Positions 25,501 through 37,841 of a stretch of 64,000 nt of DNA are shown in pieces; position 1 is the first letter of the stretch, and every line of letters starts with the position of its first letter. The translations under genes and the position numbers were made by a program. This stretch comes from Isurus oxyrinchus (Eukaryota): assembly GCA_026770705.1 (NCBI GenBank), contig JANJGN010000071.1, forward strand, positions 186,001 through 250,000, in the 5' to 3' direction. The notes under the pieces were generated by a model. That model ran no database searches. It was not told the DNA's origin and saw only the letters and a program-made list of their open reading frames with translations.

Positions 25501-26666
25501 CCCTGTGACATGACATGGCAGATGATGTGTGCTTGGTGCTCCAAATCCACAAGGGAAAATTGGTCACGCTATCACAATAGTTTTGTAATTTGTATTTATT
25601 ACAAGAAGCGTGCACTGAATTCAGGAGTAATGAGTTGACCACAACCTTTAGAGATTTTAAAAATTGGATTAAGATATTTATTAACAAAATAAAAGATTTC
25701 AAGCACAGACATAATACCACGGTTAGTTACAGCTAAAATAAATTCTCAAATTCCTAATTAACCTGACTCCCAGTTACAGAGCCCGTTTAAGGCAACAGTC
25801 CAAAATAAGATTTTAGATTAAAAACAAGCCCAGCGAGTTAACACAGCACACACTTGACACTGGAAATCTAAACGGGTTTCTCCAACTTTATTTACTGAAC
25901 ATAACAGACTTATGCACAAATGCCTGGAGGCTTCTTCAAGCCTGTTTCACACACTCCTGTTAGATCTTACATGGCCCCCAACATAGCCTTTCATTCTCCT
26001 TTATACATGTTTCTCTCTCTTTGATGTGTAAATTCTTTGGAACTGTACCTTTCCCATAATATAAACTTTCATGTTGCCAATATTGTCAATGAAGTTTGGG
26101 TAAAATTAAAAAAAAACTCCTTAGCTTTGCTTATTGGGCTTGTCCTAAACAGACCAACATCCCTTTGAAATCTAAACAACCCCTTCACACCTTACATGCT
26201 AACACAGCCTCCATGTGTTCTCATTAGCATTTCAAGTACATTTCTACATCTAGCTTCTTTTGATAATCTCAAGCTTGAAGTCTACCTGACTCCAGATGTA
26301 ATTAAACTACACAGACAGACCCATCTACACTCACACCCATAAACCTTGTTTACAACAAACCAGGAAAATATTAAGCAAATTATTATACTTTCGCACCACC
26401 CCTGATTCCCATTGACTCCAGTTATGCTCGGGATCCTAGAGGCCACACTCGGTCAAATGCAGCCTTGATGTCAAAGGCAGTCACTCTCACCTCACCATAC
26501 ATAATTCATAAGCTTCTCGCCATCTTTTACAGCATGGAAAAAGGTGCAGCATTCAGAAAGCTCACTCAGAACCAATAAAAAAAGTTCAGCAACATCATAT
26601 TTCTGTTCATTACTATTTGGCCATGTTGGCTGCACACACCCCACAGCCCCGCTCCCTGTTTCACAC

Positions 26667-26915
26667 TCAGTTTTTCTGGAACCTGATCTGTGCGTATTCC
26701 GTGTCCTCGCTCCTGTGCACAGTCCTGTCACCGCTGGACAGCTTTGAAAAGTTGATGTTGGCGTAGAAAAGCTCGTCGGGTTTGTCGGGGTTCCCATGTC
26801 CAACATCGCCTCCCACTGGACCTTCAGAGAGACCCCGGGGAGCTGAGGTCTCACCCTCACTAGTTGTGTCTCTGGTTGTGTTCCAGGGCTCAGTAATCAG
26901 CAAGTTCTGTTTACC
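26667..26915 (-). CDS. Gene B terminal exon with ITIM (LFYANI) and ITSM-type motif (TEYAQI)
   Basis: TAG acceptor, 249 nt to TGA. ELFYANINF...DTEYAQIRF matches the motif pair of CD33-related Siglec tails. Confidence 0.9.
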   Translation of the reverse strand, partial: GKQNLLITEPWNTTRDTTSEGETSAPRGLSEGPVGGDVGHGNPDKPDELFYANINFSKLSSGDRTVHRSEDTEYAQIRFQKN

Positions 26916-27832
26916 CTACAGAGAAATGGAAACAGAAGACATCCTCACATCATTTACTGGCACTGATAGGGTTAAGTTATTCTGCAGCCTCGTTACTGTC
27001 AGTCGTGTCTCAATGGGTTTAACCCTCTTTTTCACTCTCTTTCTCTGTCTCCTTTTTTTCAATCTCTTTCTCTGTCTCTCTTTCTCTCTCTCTCTTTTGC
27101 TTTCTCTCTCTATTTATTATTTAATCTCTCTCGCTATCGCAGACCTGAGTCTTGAAGTCCTATGTTACCATCCCAATCATGAGATTTGTGCCCCATTATT
27201 CACAAACACAGACACACAAAGAACCTCACGCCAATGAAGGAATTTTATTGAAGGGCGACACTGCTACAGTGTTGGAAATGTGGCCGTGGGACCAGATAAG
27301 ATGGTAAACATGGTCAGCATTATACAACTATTCTGAAAGAGGCACCTCGAACACTGCAATGTTCTCTCAGTGCTCTCTGCTGACAGTGCAGCACTCCCTC
27401 GGAACTGCCCCTTCAAGAGGGCAGCAGCCCTTGAAAATGGACTCTTTGACAGTGCAGCACTCACTCAGTACTGTCCTCAGAACTGACCATCCGACAGTGC
27501 AGCACTCCCTCAGTACTGACCCTATGACAGCGCAGCACTGCCTCAGTACTGACCCTCTGACACTCCAGCACTCCCTCAGCACAGACCCTAGGACAGTGCA
27601 ACACTCCCTCAGTACTGACATCAGGTGCCTTGTCATTTTTGTGTTCAGGTTTCTGGTCAAAGAGCGAGTGATGGAGGGAGAGAGGGGGAGGGAGCGAGAG
27701 ACAGTGCTACCTACTGAGCCATATCTGACTCCACAGGTAGATATCTGTGGGTAACTTGGCTGGGAATCTGGGACATGTGTTGTCTACACACTGAGATAGA
27801 AGCTTTGGAGTGAGTGTAAACAGTTCCTGTAC

Positions 27833-27914
27833 CTGGTGCTTCACAAAGAGGGACCTGAGGGTCAATGCAATGTAATTGGTCCCTGAACCTCTCTCCTCCA
27901 TCGCTGTCTTTCTC
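27833..27914 (-). CDS. Gene B cytoplasmic exon 1 (TNYIAL)
   Basis: 82 nt, phase 2-0. RKTAMEERGSGTNYIALTLRSLFVKHQ. Confidence 0.82.
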
Positions 27915-28061
27915 CTGCAATAACACAATATCACACTGTGGTTATCATATAGCAGAGAGTCAGTGCAGCACAGACACAGAGCCCAGTGTAACCTTACAGC
28001 AACGGCTGGACTGTCTCTAGTTCCAATAAGGGGTATCAGCGTGACATCACTATAATGGAAG

Positions 28062-28280
28062 TGTGACATGTGATCCAATCTTAGTTTGACATTTGCTTTG
28101 AGCAGAGCACACACTCACAGCTCTGATGCCTTCAATCTTTATCCGTATGTATAACTGTTCTCGTGCCGAGTCTTGATTAACGAGCCCATAACATTCTCAC
28201 CCAATCCCTGTGAGCGATTGGTGCTTTGTGTCTTGTACAATAAATAAGCCTAAGGTATAATATCATTATAATGACACGCC
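28062..28280 (+). mobile_element. Probable solo LTR related to 11980-12171
   Basis: Shared blocks (GAGCAGA.CACA..CTCACA, CTGTTCTC, ACCCAATCC, TATCATTATAA). Confidence 0.4.
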
Positions 28281-28790
28281 ATATCTTTGACCCGCCCTCC
28301 ACCCCTGCTCTTCCCCCCATAGCCCTTCAAATGTTCCCCCTTCAAGTATTTATCCAATTCCCCTTTTGAAAGATCCTATTGAATCTGCTTCCACCGCCCT
28401 TTCAGGCAGCACCTTCCAGATCACAGCAACTGATTATTATTCATCTGGATAACGGGCAATGAAAAACACTCTCTGGATCATAATGGATAAAGAGATCAGT
28501 TAGGGAGTGGCATCTGGCGCTTAACACAAGGGAAACAATCACCGACTTCAGGAAAGAACATTGAAGCAAATATTTATCCAGGAGTAATCGTGCAGAGTGA
28601 GGAATCTCTGGGTCTCGTGATTGTTTACTGGATACAGGACAATGAAAGGTTCTCTCCGGATCAGAGTGGACACAGGGATCACTTACAGAGAGGGACCTGG
28701 TGCTGATCCCAAGGGAAATAATCACCGACTTAAGGAAAGAACATTGAAGCAAATGTTTATATTAAAATCAAGTTAAATCTTCAGACTTAC

Positions 28791-28887
28791 TTTCTCACAC
28801 AGATGAAGATGAAGATTCCAGCCAGGAAAACACTCAACATGAGCCCAGCCGTGAACAATCCTACTGTCCATTTACTGGAGTCTCTAC
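28791..28887 (-). CDS. Gene B transmembrane exon (uncharged)
   Basis: 97 nt, CAG/GTAAGT. (C)RDSSKWTVGLFTAGLMLSVFLAGIFIFICVR(K). Confidence 0.9.
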
Positions 28888-29695
28888 CTGTAAAAACAGC
28901 CATTAATTACTGCACTACAGGTTTACAATGATGCTCCGATGTATCTCGAGAAGCGATACACTCACTCAGTGTTTAAATACTCATTCTCGGGCAATGCTGA
29001 CATTTATTGTCCATCCCTAGTTTCCCCTTGAGAAGGTGGTGGGGGGTCTTCCTCCTGAACCACTGGTTTGTCCCAAACTGGGAGACCAGTTCAGAGGGCA
29101 GGTGTGAGTTAACCATGTTGGTGTCTGAGACTGGAGTCACATCCACATCGAGACATGCTTCCCTCCCTAAAGGGTATGTAGTCTCTACACATGTAACAAC
29201 CAACCTCACTGAAATAATCGACTATCAGGTCATTATCACACGGTGGTTTGCGGGATCTTGCTGTGCACAAATCAGTACCTGTGTTTCCTACATTACAACA
29301 GTGAGCTCACTTCGATAATGCTTCATTGGCTGTTAAATGTTTAGTCATTTCTAAGCAATTTATGAATACAATAGTTGCATTTCAAAGTAATTCATGTAAC
29401 ATTTATATATAATATTTATCAATTAAAGAATGAGAAGTTCAGCAATTAAAAGGGTTGTTCAGGACAGTTAGAGAGAGAAAGGTCTTCAAGTACGGAGATT
29501 GGAAACGAAGACCTGACAGCCTTGTCCTCACAACCATTGAAGGAGAAACTGAGAGCAAAAACAGAAAGGGAGAGGAAAAATTGGATGTGTGGATAACGTG
29601 GACTGAGCGAGGATTGAAGAAAACTGGATTAAAAACAACACGATCCCAATGGCTCCACGGAGACAACAAACAAACAAATGTATCTCCACACTCAC

Positions 29696-29977
29696 ATTCC
29701 ACAGTGATGGTTATGAATCCCTCCACTGCTCCATGTTCATTCTCTGCCACACACTGATAGTCTCCAGTGTCCCTGGATGTAACGTGAGGAATCACCAACC
29801 ACAGCTCATTGTTGGAACTTGTTCTGTTCATTGGGACATTAAGATGTCGCCACGTCAGGTTAGAAGCTGGGAAGCTCTCGACAGAGCAGATTATCACTGC
29901 AGAATTCCCCTCAATTATATTGATCGATGAAGCGTTAATCATACCAAGTGAAGTAATTGAGACATCCTGTGGTGCAT
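29696..29977 (-). CDS. Gene B repeated C2 Ig exon 5 (membrane-proximal)
   Basis: 282 nt, TAG/GTGAGT, open. Confidence 0.88.
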
Positions 29978-30743
29978 CTAAAAACATAGAAAGATTTTAA
30001 TGTGAGCAAATATGGTGCACAGCAAGACTCCATGCATCATCTCTCTGTATCTGATGTCTGAATGCATTTCCAGGTAACTTCCCTCACGATAAGGTCTTAT
30101 GGCACATTTATAATTGACACTGCCTATGTAAACTGTCACACTGCAGTTGCATTCTCCCACCAGTAGAGGTGTTGTCCATCTAGAATGAAAGAAGCTTGCT
30201 TTCACATCCTCAGGATTTCGCAAAGGGCTGGACAGGCAATGATTGTTTTTGATTGATGGAGCACTTAGGGATAAATCTACAATTCTCTGTTCAGGCGGTT
30301 GCTCATCCAACTCAGGGTCTTGTTCATCTGGAGTTTACCTTCCTTCAACACAGAATTGGAGCTGACACCGAGATTCCAGTGCAGCCCTGAGAGAGGACAC
30401 GGAACTCACATGTGTGTATGTGTGTATGTGTGTGTTTGTGTTTCTGCACAGGTGAGTGTGCTTGTGTCTGTATGCACACATGTAGCTGTGTGTGTGCATG
30501 CGCGTGTGTCTGTGTGTCTACGTCTGTCCATGAGTGAGAGTATGTGCATGTGTGTGTCTATGTGTGGGCATGAATATGTGTGTGTTTGAGATGGGTGTGT
30601 ATTTTCCTGTGTATGTGTTTGTACGTGTATGACTGTCTGTGAATACTTATGCATGTGTATGCTTACACATGTGTGTGTGTGTGTGTATGTGTCTGTGTGT
30701 GTGTGTGTGTGTCTGAGTGATGTTGAAGTTTGCATTAACTCAC

Positions 30744-31025
30744 GTTCCACAGTGATGGTTATGAACCCCTCCACTGCTCCATGTTCATTCTCTGCCACAC
30801 ACTGATAGTCTCCAGTGTCCCTGGATGTAACGTGAGGAATCACCAACCACAGCTCATTGTTGGAACTTGTTCTGTTCATTGGGACATTAAGATGTCGCCA
30901 CGTCAGGTTAGAAGCTGGGGAGCTCTCGACAGAGCAGATTATCACTGCAGAATTCCCCTCAATTACATTGATCGATGAAGCGTTAATCATATCAAGAGAA
31001 GTAATTGATAGGTTCCGTGGTGCAT
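30744..31025 (-). CDS. Gene B repeated C2 Ig exon 4
   Basis: 282 nt, TAG/GTGAGT, open. Confidence 0.88.
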
Positions 31026-31551
31026 CTAAATACAAATAAAGGTTTCATTGTGAGCAAACACAGTGCACAGCAAGACTCCATGATACATCTCTCTCTATTT
31101 GGTGTCTATGTGCATTTCAAGGTTTCTTTCCTGTTTTAAGTTCCTATGTCAACTTTTATAATGGTCACTGCCAGCAGTTTTCTTTTTGTACATTCATGGG
31201 AAGTGGATGTATCTATCTAGACCAGCATTTATTACCCATCCCTAATAACCCTTGAGGAGGTGGTGGTGAGTTTTTCACCTCCAGAGGATTCCCAGCCTCT
31301 GACCGGCTCCTGTAGCCACAGTATTTATGGCCGGTCCAGTTAGGTGTTTGGTTAACATCCCCCAGGATATTGATTGTGGGGGATTCAGTGATAGTAAACT
31401 CACTGAACATCAAGGAGAGATGGTTAGATTCTCTCTTGTTGGAGATGATCACTGCCTGGTACTTGTGATGCATTAATTGTCTCAGCCCAAGCTGAGTGTT
31501 GTTGAGCTCTTGCTGCATGTGGATATGTAAACTGTCACGCTGTAATTACAG

Positions 31552-33826
31552 AGATAAAAACAAAAAATCTGCGGATGCTGGAAATCCATAACAAAATCAA
31601 AAACAGAATTACCTGGAAAAACTCAGCAGGTCTGGCAGCATCGGCGGAGAAGAAAAGAGTTGACGTTTCGAGTCCTCTTGACCCTTCGACAGAACTTGAG
31701 TTCGAGTCCAAGAAAGAGTTGAAATATAAGCTGGTTTAAGGTGTGTGTGGGGGGGCGGAGAGAGAGAGAGAGAGAGGGGTGGAGTGGGGGTGTGGTTGTA
31801 GGGACAAACAAGCAGTGATAGAAGCAGATCATCAAAAGATGTCAACAACAATAGAACAAAAGAACACAGAGGTGTTGAAGTTGGAGATATTATCTAAACA
31901 AATGTTCTAATTAAGAATGGATGTTAGGGCACTCAAGGTATAGCTCTAGTGGGGGTGGGGAGAGCATAAAAGATTTTAAGATATTTAAAAATAATGGAAA
32001 TAGGTAGGAAAAGAAAAATCTATATAATTTATTGGAAAAAAAAGGAAGGGGGAAACAGAAAGGGGGTGGGGATGGGGGAGGGAGCTCACGACCTAAAGTT
32101 GTTGAATTCAGTATTCAGTCCGGAAGGCTGTAAAGTGCCTAGTCGGAAGATGAGGTGCTGTTCCTCCAGTTTGCGTTGGGCTTCACTGGAACAATGCAGC
32201 AGGCCAAGGACAGACATGTGGGCAAGAGAGCAGGGTGGAGTGTTAAAATGGCAAGCGACAGGGAGGTTTGGGTCATTCTTGCGGACAGACCGCAGGTGTT
32301 CTGCAAAGCGGTCGCCCAGTTTACGTTTGGTCTCTCCAATGTAGAGGAGACCACATTGGGAGCAACGAATGCAGTAGACTAAGTTGGGGGAAATGCAAGT
32401 GAAATGCTGCTTCACTTGAAAGGAGTGTTTGGGCCCTTGGACGGTGAGGAGAGAGGAAGTGAAGGGGCAGGTGTTACATCTTTTGCGTGGGCATGGGGTG
32501 GTGCCATAGGAGGGGGTTGAGGAGTAGGGGGTGATGGAGGAGTGGACCAGGGTGTCCCGGGGGGAGCGATCCCTACGGAATGCCGATAAGGGGGGTGAAG
32601 GGAAGATGTGCTTGGTGGTGGCATCATGCTGGAGTTGGCGGAAATGGCGGAGGATGATCCTTTGAATACGGAGGCTGGTGGGGTGATAAGTGAGGACAAG
32701 GGGGACCCTATCATGTTTCTGGGAGGGAGGAGAAGGCGTGAGGGCGGATGTGCGGGAGATGGGCCGGACACGGTTGAGGGCCCTGTCAATGACCGTGGGT
32801 GGAAAACCTCGGTTAAGGAAGAAGGAGGACATGTCAGAGGAACCGTTTTTGAAGGTGGCATCATCGGTGGCGAAGGAACCCTCTACTCCTCAACCCCCTC
32901 CTATGGCACCACCCCATGCCCACGTAAAAAATGCAACACCTGCCCCTTCAGTTCCTCTCTCCTCACCGTCCAAGGGCCCAAACACTCCTTTCAAGTGAAG
33001 CAGCATTTCACTTGCATTTCCCCCAACTTAGTCTACTGTATTCGTTGCTCCCAATGTGGTCTCCTCTACATTGGAGAGACCAAAGGCTGACTGGGCGACC
33101 GCTTTGCAGAACACCTGCGGTCTGTCCGCAAGAATGACCCAAACCTCCCTGTCGCTTGCCATTTTAACACCCCACCCTGCTCTCGTGCCCACATGTCTGT
33201 CCTTGGCTTGCTGCATTGTTCCAGTGAAGCCCAACGCAAACTGGAGGAACAACATCTCATCTTCCTTCTAGGCACTTTACAGCCTTCCGGACTGAATATT
33301 GAGTTCAACAACTTTAGGTTGTGAGCTCCCTCCCCCATCCCCACCCCCTTTCTGTTACCCCCCTCCTTTTTTTTCCAATAAATTATATAGATTTTTCTTT
33401 TCCCACCTGTTTCCATTATCTTCAAATATCTTAAAATCTTTTATGCTCTCCCCACCCCCACTAGAGCTATACCTTGAGTGCCCTAACATCCATTCTTAAT
33501 CAGAACATTCGTTTAGATAATATCACCAACTTCAACACCTCTGTGTTCTTTTGTTCTGTTGTTGTTGACATCTTTTGATGATCTGCTTCTATCACTGCTT
33601 GTTTGTCCCTACAACCACACCAACCCCCTCCACTTCTCTCTCTCTCTCTCTCTCCGCCCCACCCCCCCCCCCAACACACCTTAAACCAGCTTATATTTCA
33701 ACTCTTTCTTGGACTCGAACTCAAGTTCTGTCGAAGGGTCAAGAGGACTCGAAACATCAACTCTTTTCTTCTCCGCCGATTCTGCCAGACCTGCTGAGTT
33801 TTTCCAGGTAATTCTGTTTTTGTTTT
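31552..33826. mobile_element. Penelope-like retroelement, 5'-truncated inverted (palindromic) structure with GIY-YIG endonuclease
   Basis: Minus ORF 32086-32832 contains NLVYCIRCSQCGLLYIGETKRKLGDRFAEH. Inverted copy at about 32880-33826 has an in-frame stop (GETKG*). 15-bp TSD with one mismatch at 31537-31551 and 33827-33841. Confidence 0.88.
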
Positions 33827-34410
33827 ACGCTGTACTTACAGCCTTCCACCAGAGGAGACACTGTTGTGCTAGAAGAAAAGAAAATGTCTTTCACATCATC
33901 AGGATGTTTATGGAGATTTGACAGTGGAGGAATTGCTTTAGAATAATGGGGTATTGAGTGATAAACCTACAATTCTCTGTGTAGGGGGCTGCTCGTCCAA
34001 TACAGGGTCTTGTTCAGCTGATGTCGTCAGTGTTTCAGAGCAGAATCTGGAGCAACACTCCAGTGCAGCACAGGGAGAACAGACAACTCACACATGTCTG
34101 TGTGTGTGTGTGAGCAAGCACACGTGTGATTCTGTGTATGTTTCCTTCTGTATGTGTGCATGCAGGCGTACACACCTGAGCACATGTGGGATTCAACATG
34201 AATGCTTGTTTGTGTGCACANNNNNNNNNNNNNNNNNNNNNNNNNNNNNNNNNNNNNNNNNNNNNNNNNNNNNNNNNNNNNNNNNNNNNNNNNNNNNNNN
34301 NNNNNNNNNNNNNNNNNNNNNNNNNNNNNNNNNNNNNNNNNNNNNNNNNNNNNNNNNNNNNNNNNNNNNNNNNNNNNNNNNNNNNNNNNNNNNNNNNNNN
34401 NGTAACTCAC

Positions 34411-34692
34411 GTTCCACAGTGATGGTTATGAACCCCTCCACTGCTCCATGTTCATTCTCTGCCACACACTGATAGTCTCCAGTGTCCCTGGATGTAACGT
34501 GAGGAATCACCAACCACAGCTCATTGTTGGAACTTGTTCTGTTCATTGGGACATTAAGATGTCGCCATGTCAGGTTAGAAGCTGGGAAGCTCTTGACAGA
34601 GCAGATTATCACTGCAGAATTCCCCTCAATTATATTGATGCATGAAGAATTATTCATATCAAGAGAAGTAATTGAGAGACTCTGTGGTCCAT
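34411..34692 (-). pseudogene. Gene B repeated C2 Ig exon 3, acceptor mutated (AG to GG), probably skipped
   Basis: Open 282-nt frame with intact donor. Plus strand reads CATCCAAAAAC at the acceptor where sibling exons read CATCTAAAAAC. Confidence 0.7.
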
Positions 34693-35517
34693 CCAAAAAC
34701 ATATAAAGATTTCAATGTGAGCAAGCACAGTGCACAGCAAGACTCCATGCATCATGTCTCTCTGTATCTGATGTCTGAATGCATTTCCAGGTACCTTCCC
34801 TCAGGATAAGAACTTATTTTACATTTACAATGGGCACTGCCTATGTAAACTGTCACACTGCAGTTACATTCTCCCACCAGTGGAGGTGTCTATCTAGAAT
34901 GCAGGAAACTCCCTTTCAGATCCTCAGGATGTCCCCAAAGGCTTCAAAGGCAATGAATTGTATTTGATCAATGGAGCACTGAGGGGTAAATCTACAATTC
35001 ACTGTTCAGGAGGTTGCTCCATCCAGTTCAGGGTCTTGATAATCTGGAGTTTACCTTTCATCAACAAAGAATAGGAGCTGATACTGAGGCTCCAGTGCAG
35101 CACTGAGAGAGGAGAGGGAACCCACACGATTTTGTGTGTGAATGTGTGTGTTGGCTTGTGTGTGTGTATGTTTCTGCACAATAAGGATCTGTGTGTGTGC
35201 ACGCACTCATGTGTGTTTGTGTGTGTGCGCATGTGTGTCTGTCTGTTCATGTGTGTGTGTGTAAGTTAAGGTTGTATGTGNNNNNNNNNNNNNNNNNNNN
35301 NNNNNNNNNNNNNNNNNNNNNNNNNNNNNNNNNNNNNNNNNNNNNNNNNNNNNNNNNNNNNNNNNNNNNNNNNNNNNNNNNNNNNNNNNNNNNNNNNNNN
35401 NNNNNNNNNNNNNNNNNNNNNNNNNNNNNNNNNNNNNNNNNNNNNNNNNNNNNNNNNNNNNNNNNNNNNNNNNNNNNNNNNNNNNNNNNNNNNNNNNNNN
35501 NNNNNNNAGTAACTCAC

Positions 35518-35799
35518 ATTCCACAGTGATGGATATGAACCCCTCCACTGCTCCATGTTCATTCTCTGCCACACACTGATAGTCTCCAGTGTCCCTGGAT
35601 GTAACGTGAGGAAACACCAACCACAGCTCATTGTTGGAACTTGTTCTGTTCATTGGGACATTAAGATGTCGCCACGTCAGGTTAGAAGCTGGGAAGCTCT
35701 CGACAGAGCAGATTATCACTGCAGAATTCCCCTCAATTATATTGATCGATGAAGCGTTAATCATATCAAGAGAAGTAATTGAGAGATTCTGTGGTGCAT
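35518..35799 (-). CDS. Gene B repeated C2 Ig exon 2
   Basis: 282 nt, TAG/GTGAGT, open. Confidence 0.88.
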
Positions 35800-36442
35800 C
35801 TAAAAACATATAAAGATTTTAAAGTGAGCAAGCACAGTGCACAGCAAGACTCCATGCATCATGTCTCTGTATCTGATGTCTGAATGCATTTCCAGGTACA
35901 TTCCCTCAGGATAAGAACTTATTTCACATTTACAACGGGCACTGCCTATGTAAACTGTCACACTGCAGTTACATTCTCCCACCAGTGGAGGTGTCCATCT
36001 AGAATGCAGGAAACTCCCTTTCAGATCCTCAGGATGTCCCCAAGGGCTTCAAAGGCAATGAATTGTATTTGACCAATGGAGCACCGAGGGGTAAATCTAC
36101 AATTCACTGTTCAGGAGGTTTCTCCATCCAGTTCAGTGTCTTGATGATCTGGAGTTTACCTTCCTTCAACACAGATTCGGACCTGATACTGAGACTCCAG
36201 TGCAGCACTGGGAGAGGAGTGGGAACCCACATGTTTTTGTGTGTGTATGTGTGTGTTGGCTTGTGTGTGTGTATGTTTCTGCACAATAAGGATCTGTGNN
36301 NNNNNNNNNNNNNNNNNNNNNNNNNNNNNNNNNNNNNNNNNNNNNNNNNNNNNNNNNNNNNNNNNNNNNNNNNNNNNNNNNNNNNNNNNNNNNNNNNNNN
36401 NNNNNNNNNNNNNNNNNNNNNNNNNNNNNNNNNNTAACTCAC

Positions 36443-36724
36443 ATTCCACAGTGATGGTTATGAATCCCTCCGCTGCTCCATGTTCATTCTCTGCCACACA
36501 CTGATAGTCTCCAGTGTCCCTGGATGTAACGTGAGGAATCACCAACCACAGCTCATTGTTGGAACTTGTTCTGTTCATTGGGACATTAAGATGTCGCCAC
36601 ATCAGGTTAGAAGCTGGGAAGCTCTTGACAGAGCAGATTATCACTGCAGAATTCCCCTCAATTATATTGATCGATGAAGCATTAATCATATCAAGACAAG
36701 TAATTGAGAGATTCTGTGGTGCTT
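36443..36724 (-). CDS. Gene B repeated C2 Ig exon 1
   Basis: 282 nt, TAG/GTGAGT, phase 1-1. EAPQNLSITC...IICSVKSFPASN...DTGDYQCVAENEHG. Confidence 0.88.
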
Positions 36725-36856
36725 CTAAAAACAAATAAAAATCAGTTAACTTACATTGACTTTGAAGCACTTTGAGAGACACTGAGAATGTGAAAGGTGT
36801 GATATCAATGTCGGTTCCTTCACCACAAAGCACGTAATCCAGGCACACACTTCAGT

Positions 36857-37748
36857 TCAGTACTGGGGGAGTGCTGCACAGTCAGAGGGTCAGCACTGAG
36901 GGAATGCTACCCCGTCAGAGAGTCAGTACTGAGGGAGTGCTGCGCTGTCAGAGGGTCAGTACTGAGAGAGTGCTACACTGCCAGATGGTCAGTACTGAGG
37001 GAGTGCTGCACTGTCGGAGGGTCAGTACTGAGGGAGTGCTGCACTGTCGTGGGGTCTGGAATGGGGGAATGTCAGTACTGAGGGAGTGCTGCACTGTCGT
37101 GGGGTCTGGAATGGGGGAATGTCAGTACTGAGGGAGTGCTGCACTGTCGGAGGGTCAGTACCTAGGGATTGCAGCATTGTCGGTGGGTCAGTTCTGCGGG
37201 AGCACTGCACTGTCAGGTGGTCAGTACTGAGGGAGTGATGCATTGTCAGAGGGTCAGTAGAGAGATGGTGCTGAACTGTTGGAGGGTCAGTACTGAGGGA
37301 GCGCTACATTGTCAGAGGGTCAGTGGAGAGGTGGTGCTGAACTGTTGGAGTGTCAGTACTGAGGGAGCGCTACATTGTCAGAGGGTCAGTAGAGAGATGG
37401 TGCTGAACTGTTGGAGGGTCAGTACTGAGGGAGCGCTACATTGTCAGAGGGTCAGTGGAGAGCTGGTGCTGAACTGTTGGAGTGTCAGTACTGAGGGAGT
37501 GCTGCACTGTTGGAGGGTCAGTACCTAGGGATTGCAGCATTGTCGGTGGGTCAGTGCTGCGGGAGCACTGCACTGTCAGGTGGTCAGTACTGAGGGAGTG
37601 ATGCATTGTCAGAGGGTCAGTAGAGAGACGGTGCTGAACTGTTGGAGGGTCAGTACTGAGGGAGCGCTACATTGTCAGAGGGTCAGTGGAGAGGTGGTGC
37701 TGAACTGTTGGAGTGTCAGTTCTGAGAGAGTGCTGCACTGTCAGAGGT
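36857..37748. repeat. Long 33-bp minisatellite array with higher-order variants
   Basis: Direct inspection; produces 11-aa periodic ORFs. Confidence 0.9.
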
Positions 37749-37841
37749 GAATTTTTATCAGATAGGTGATCTGTTGCTAAACAGAGTGCAGTTTGTGGGA
37801 TCTTGCTGTGCAAAGTCAGGACTATCACAGCTGATGTAGAA

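Noticed and set aside
26782-27237. Plus-strand ORFs antisense to Ig and tail exons
   Set aside because: They are shadows of the minus-strand exons or low-complexity DNA, with no independent gene structure.
32086-32832. Domesticated GIY-YIG nuclease gene
   Set aside because: It is the 3' part of a truncated Penelope ORF within a TSD-flanked insertion, and the mirror copy has a stop.
36857-37748. CRISPR-like appearance of the 33-bp repeats
   Set aside because: Units are contiguous with no unique spacers, there are no cas genes, and the context is a eukaryotic intron.
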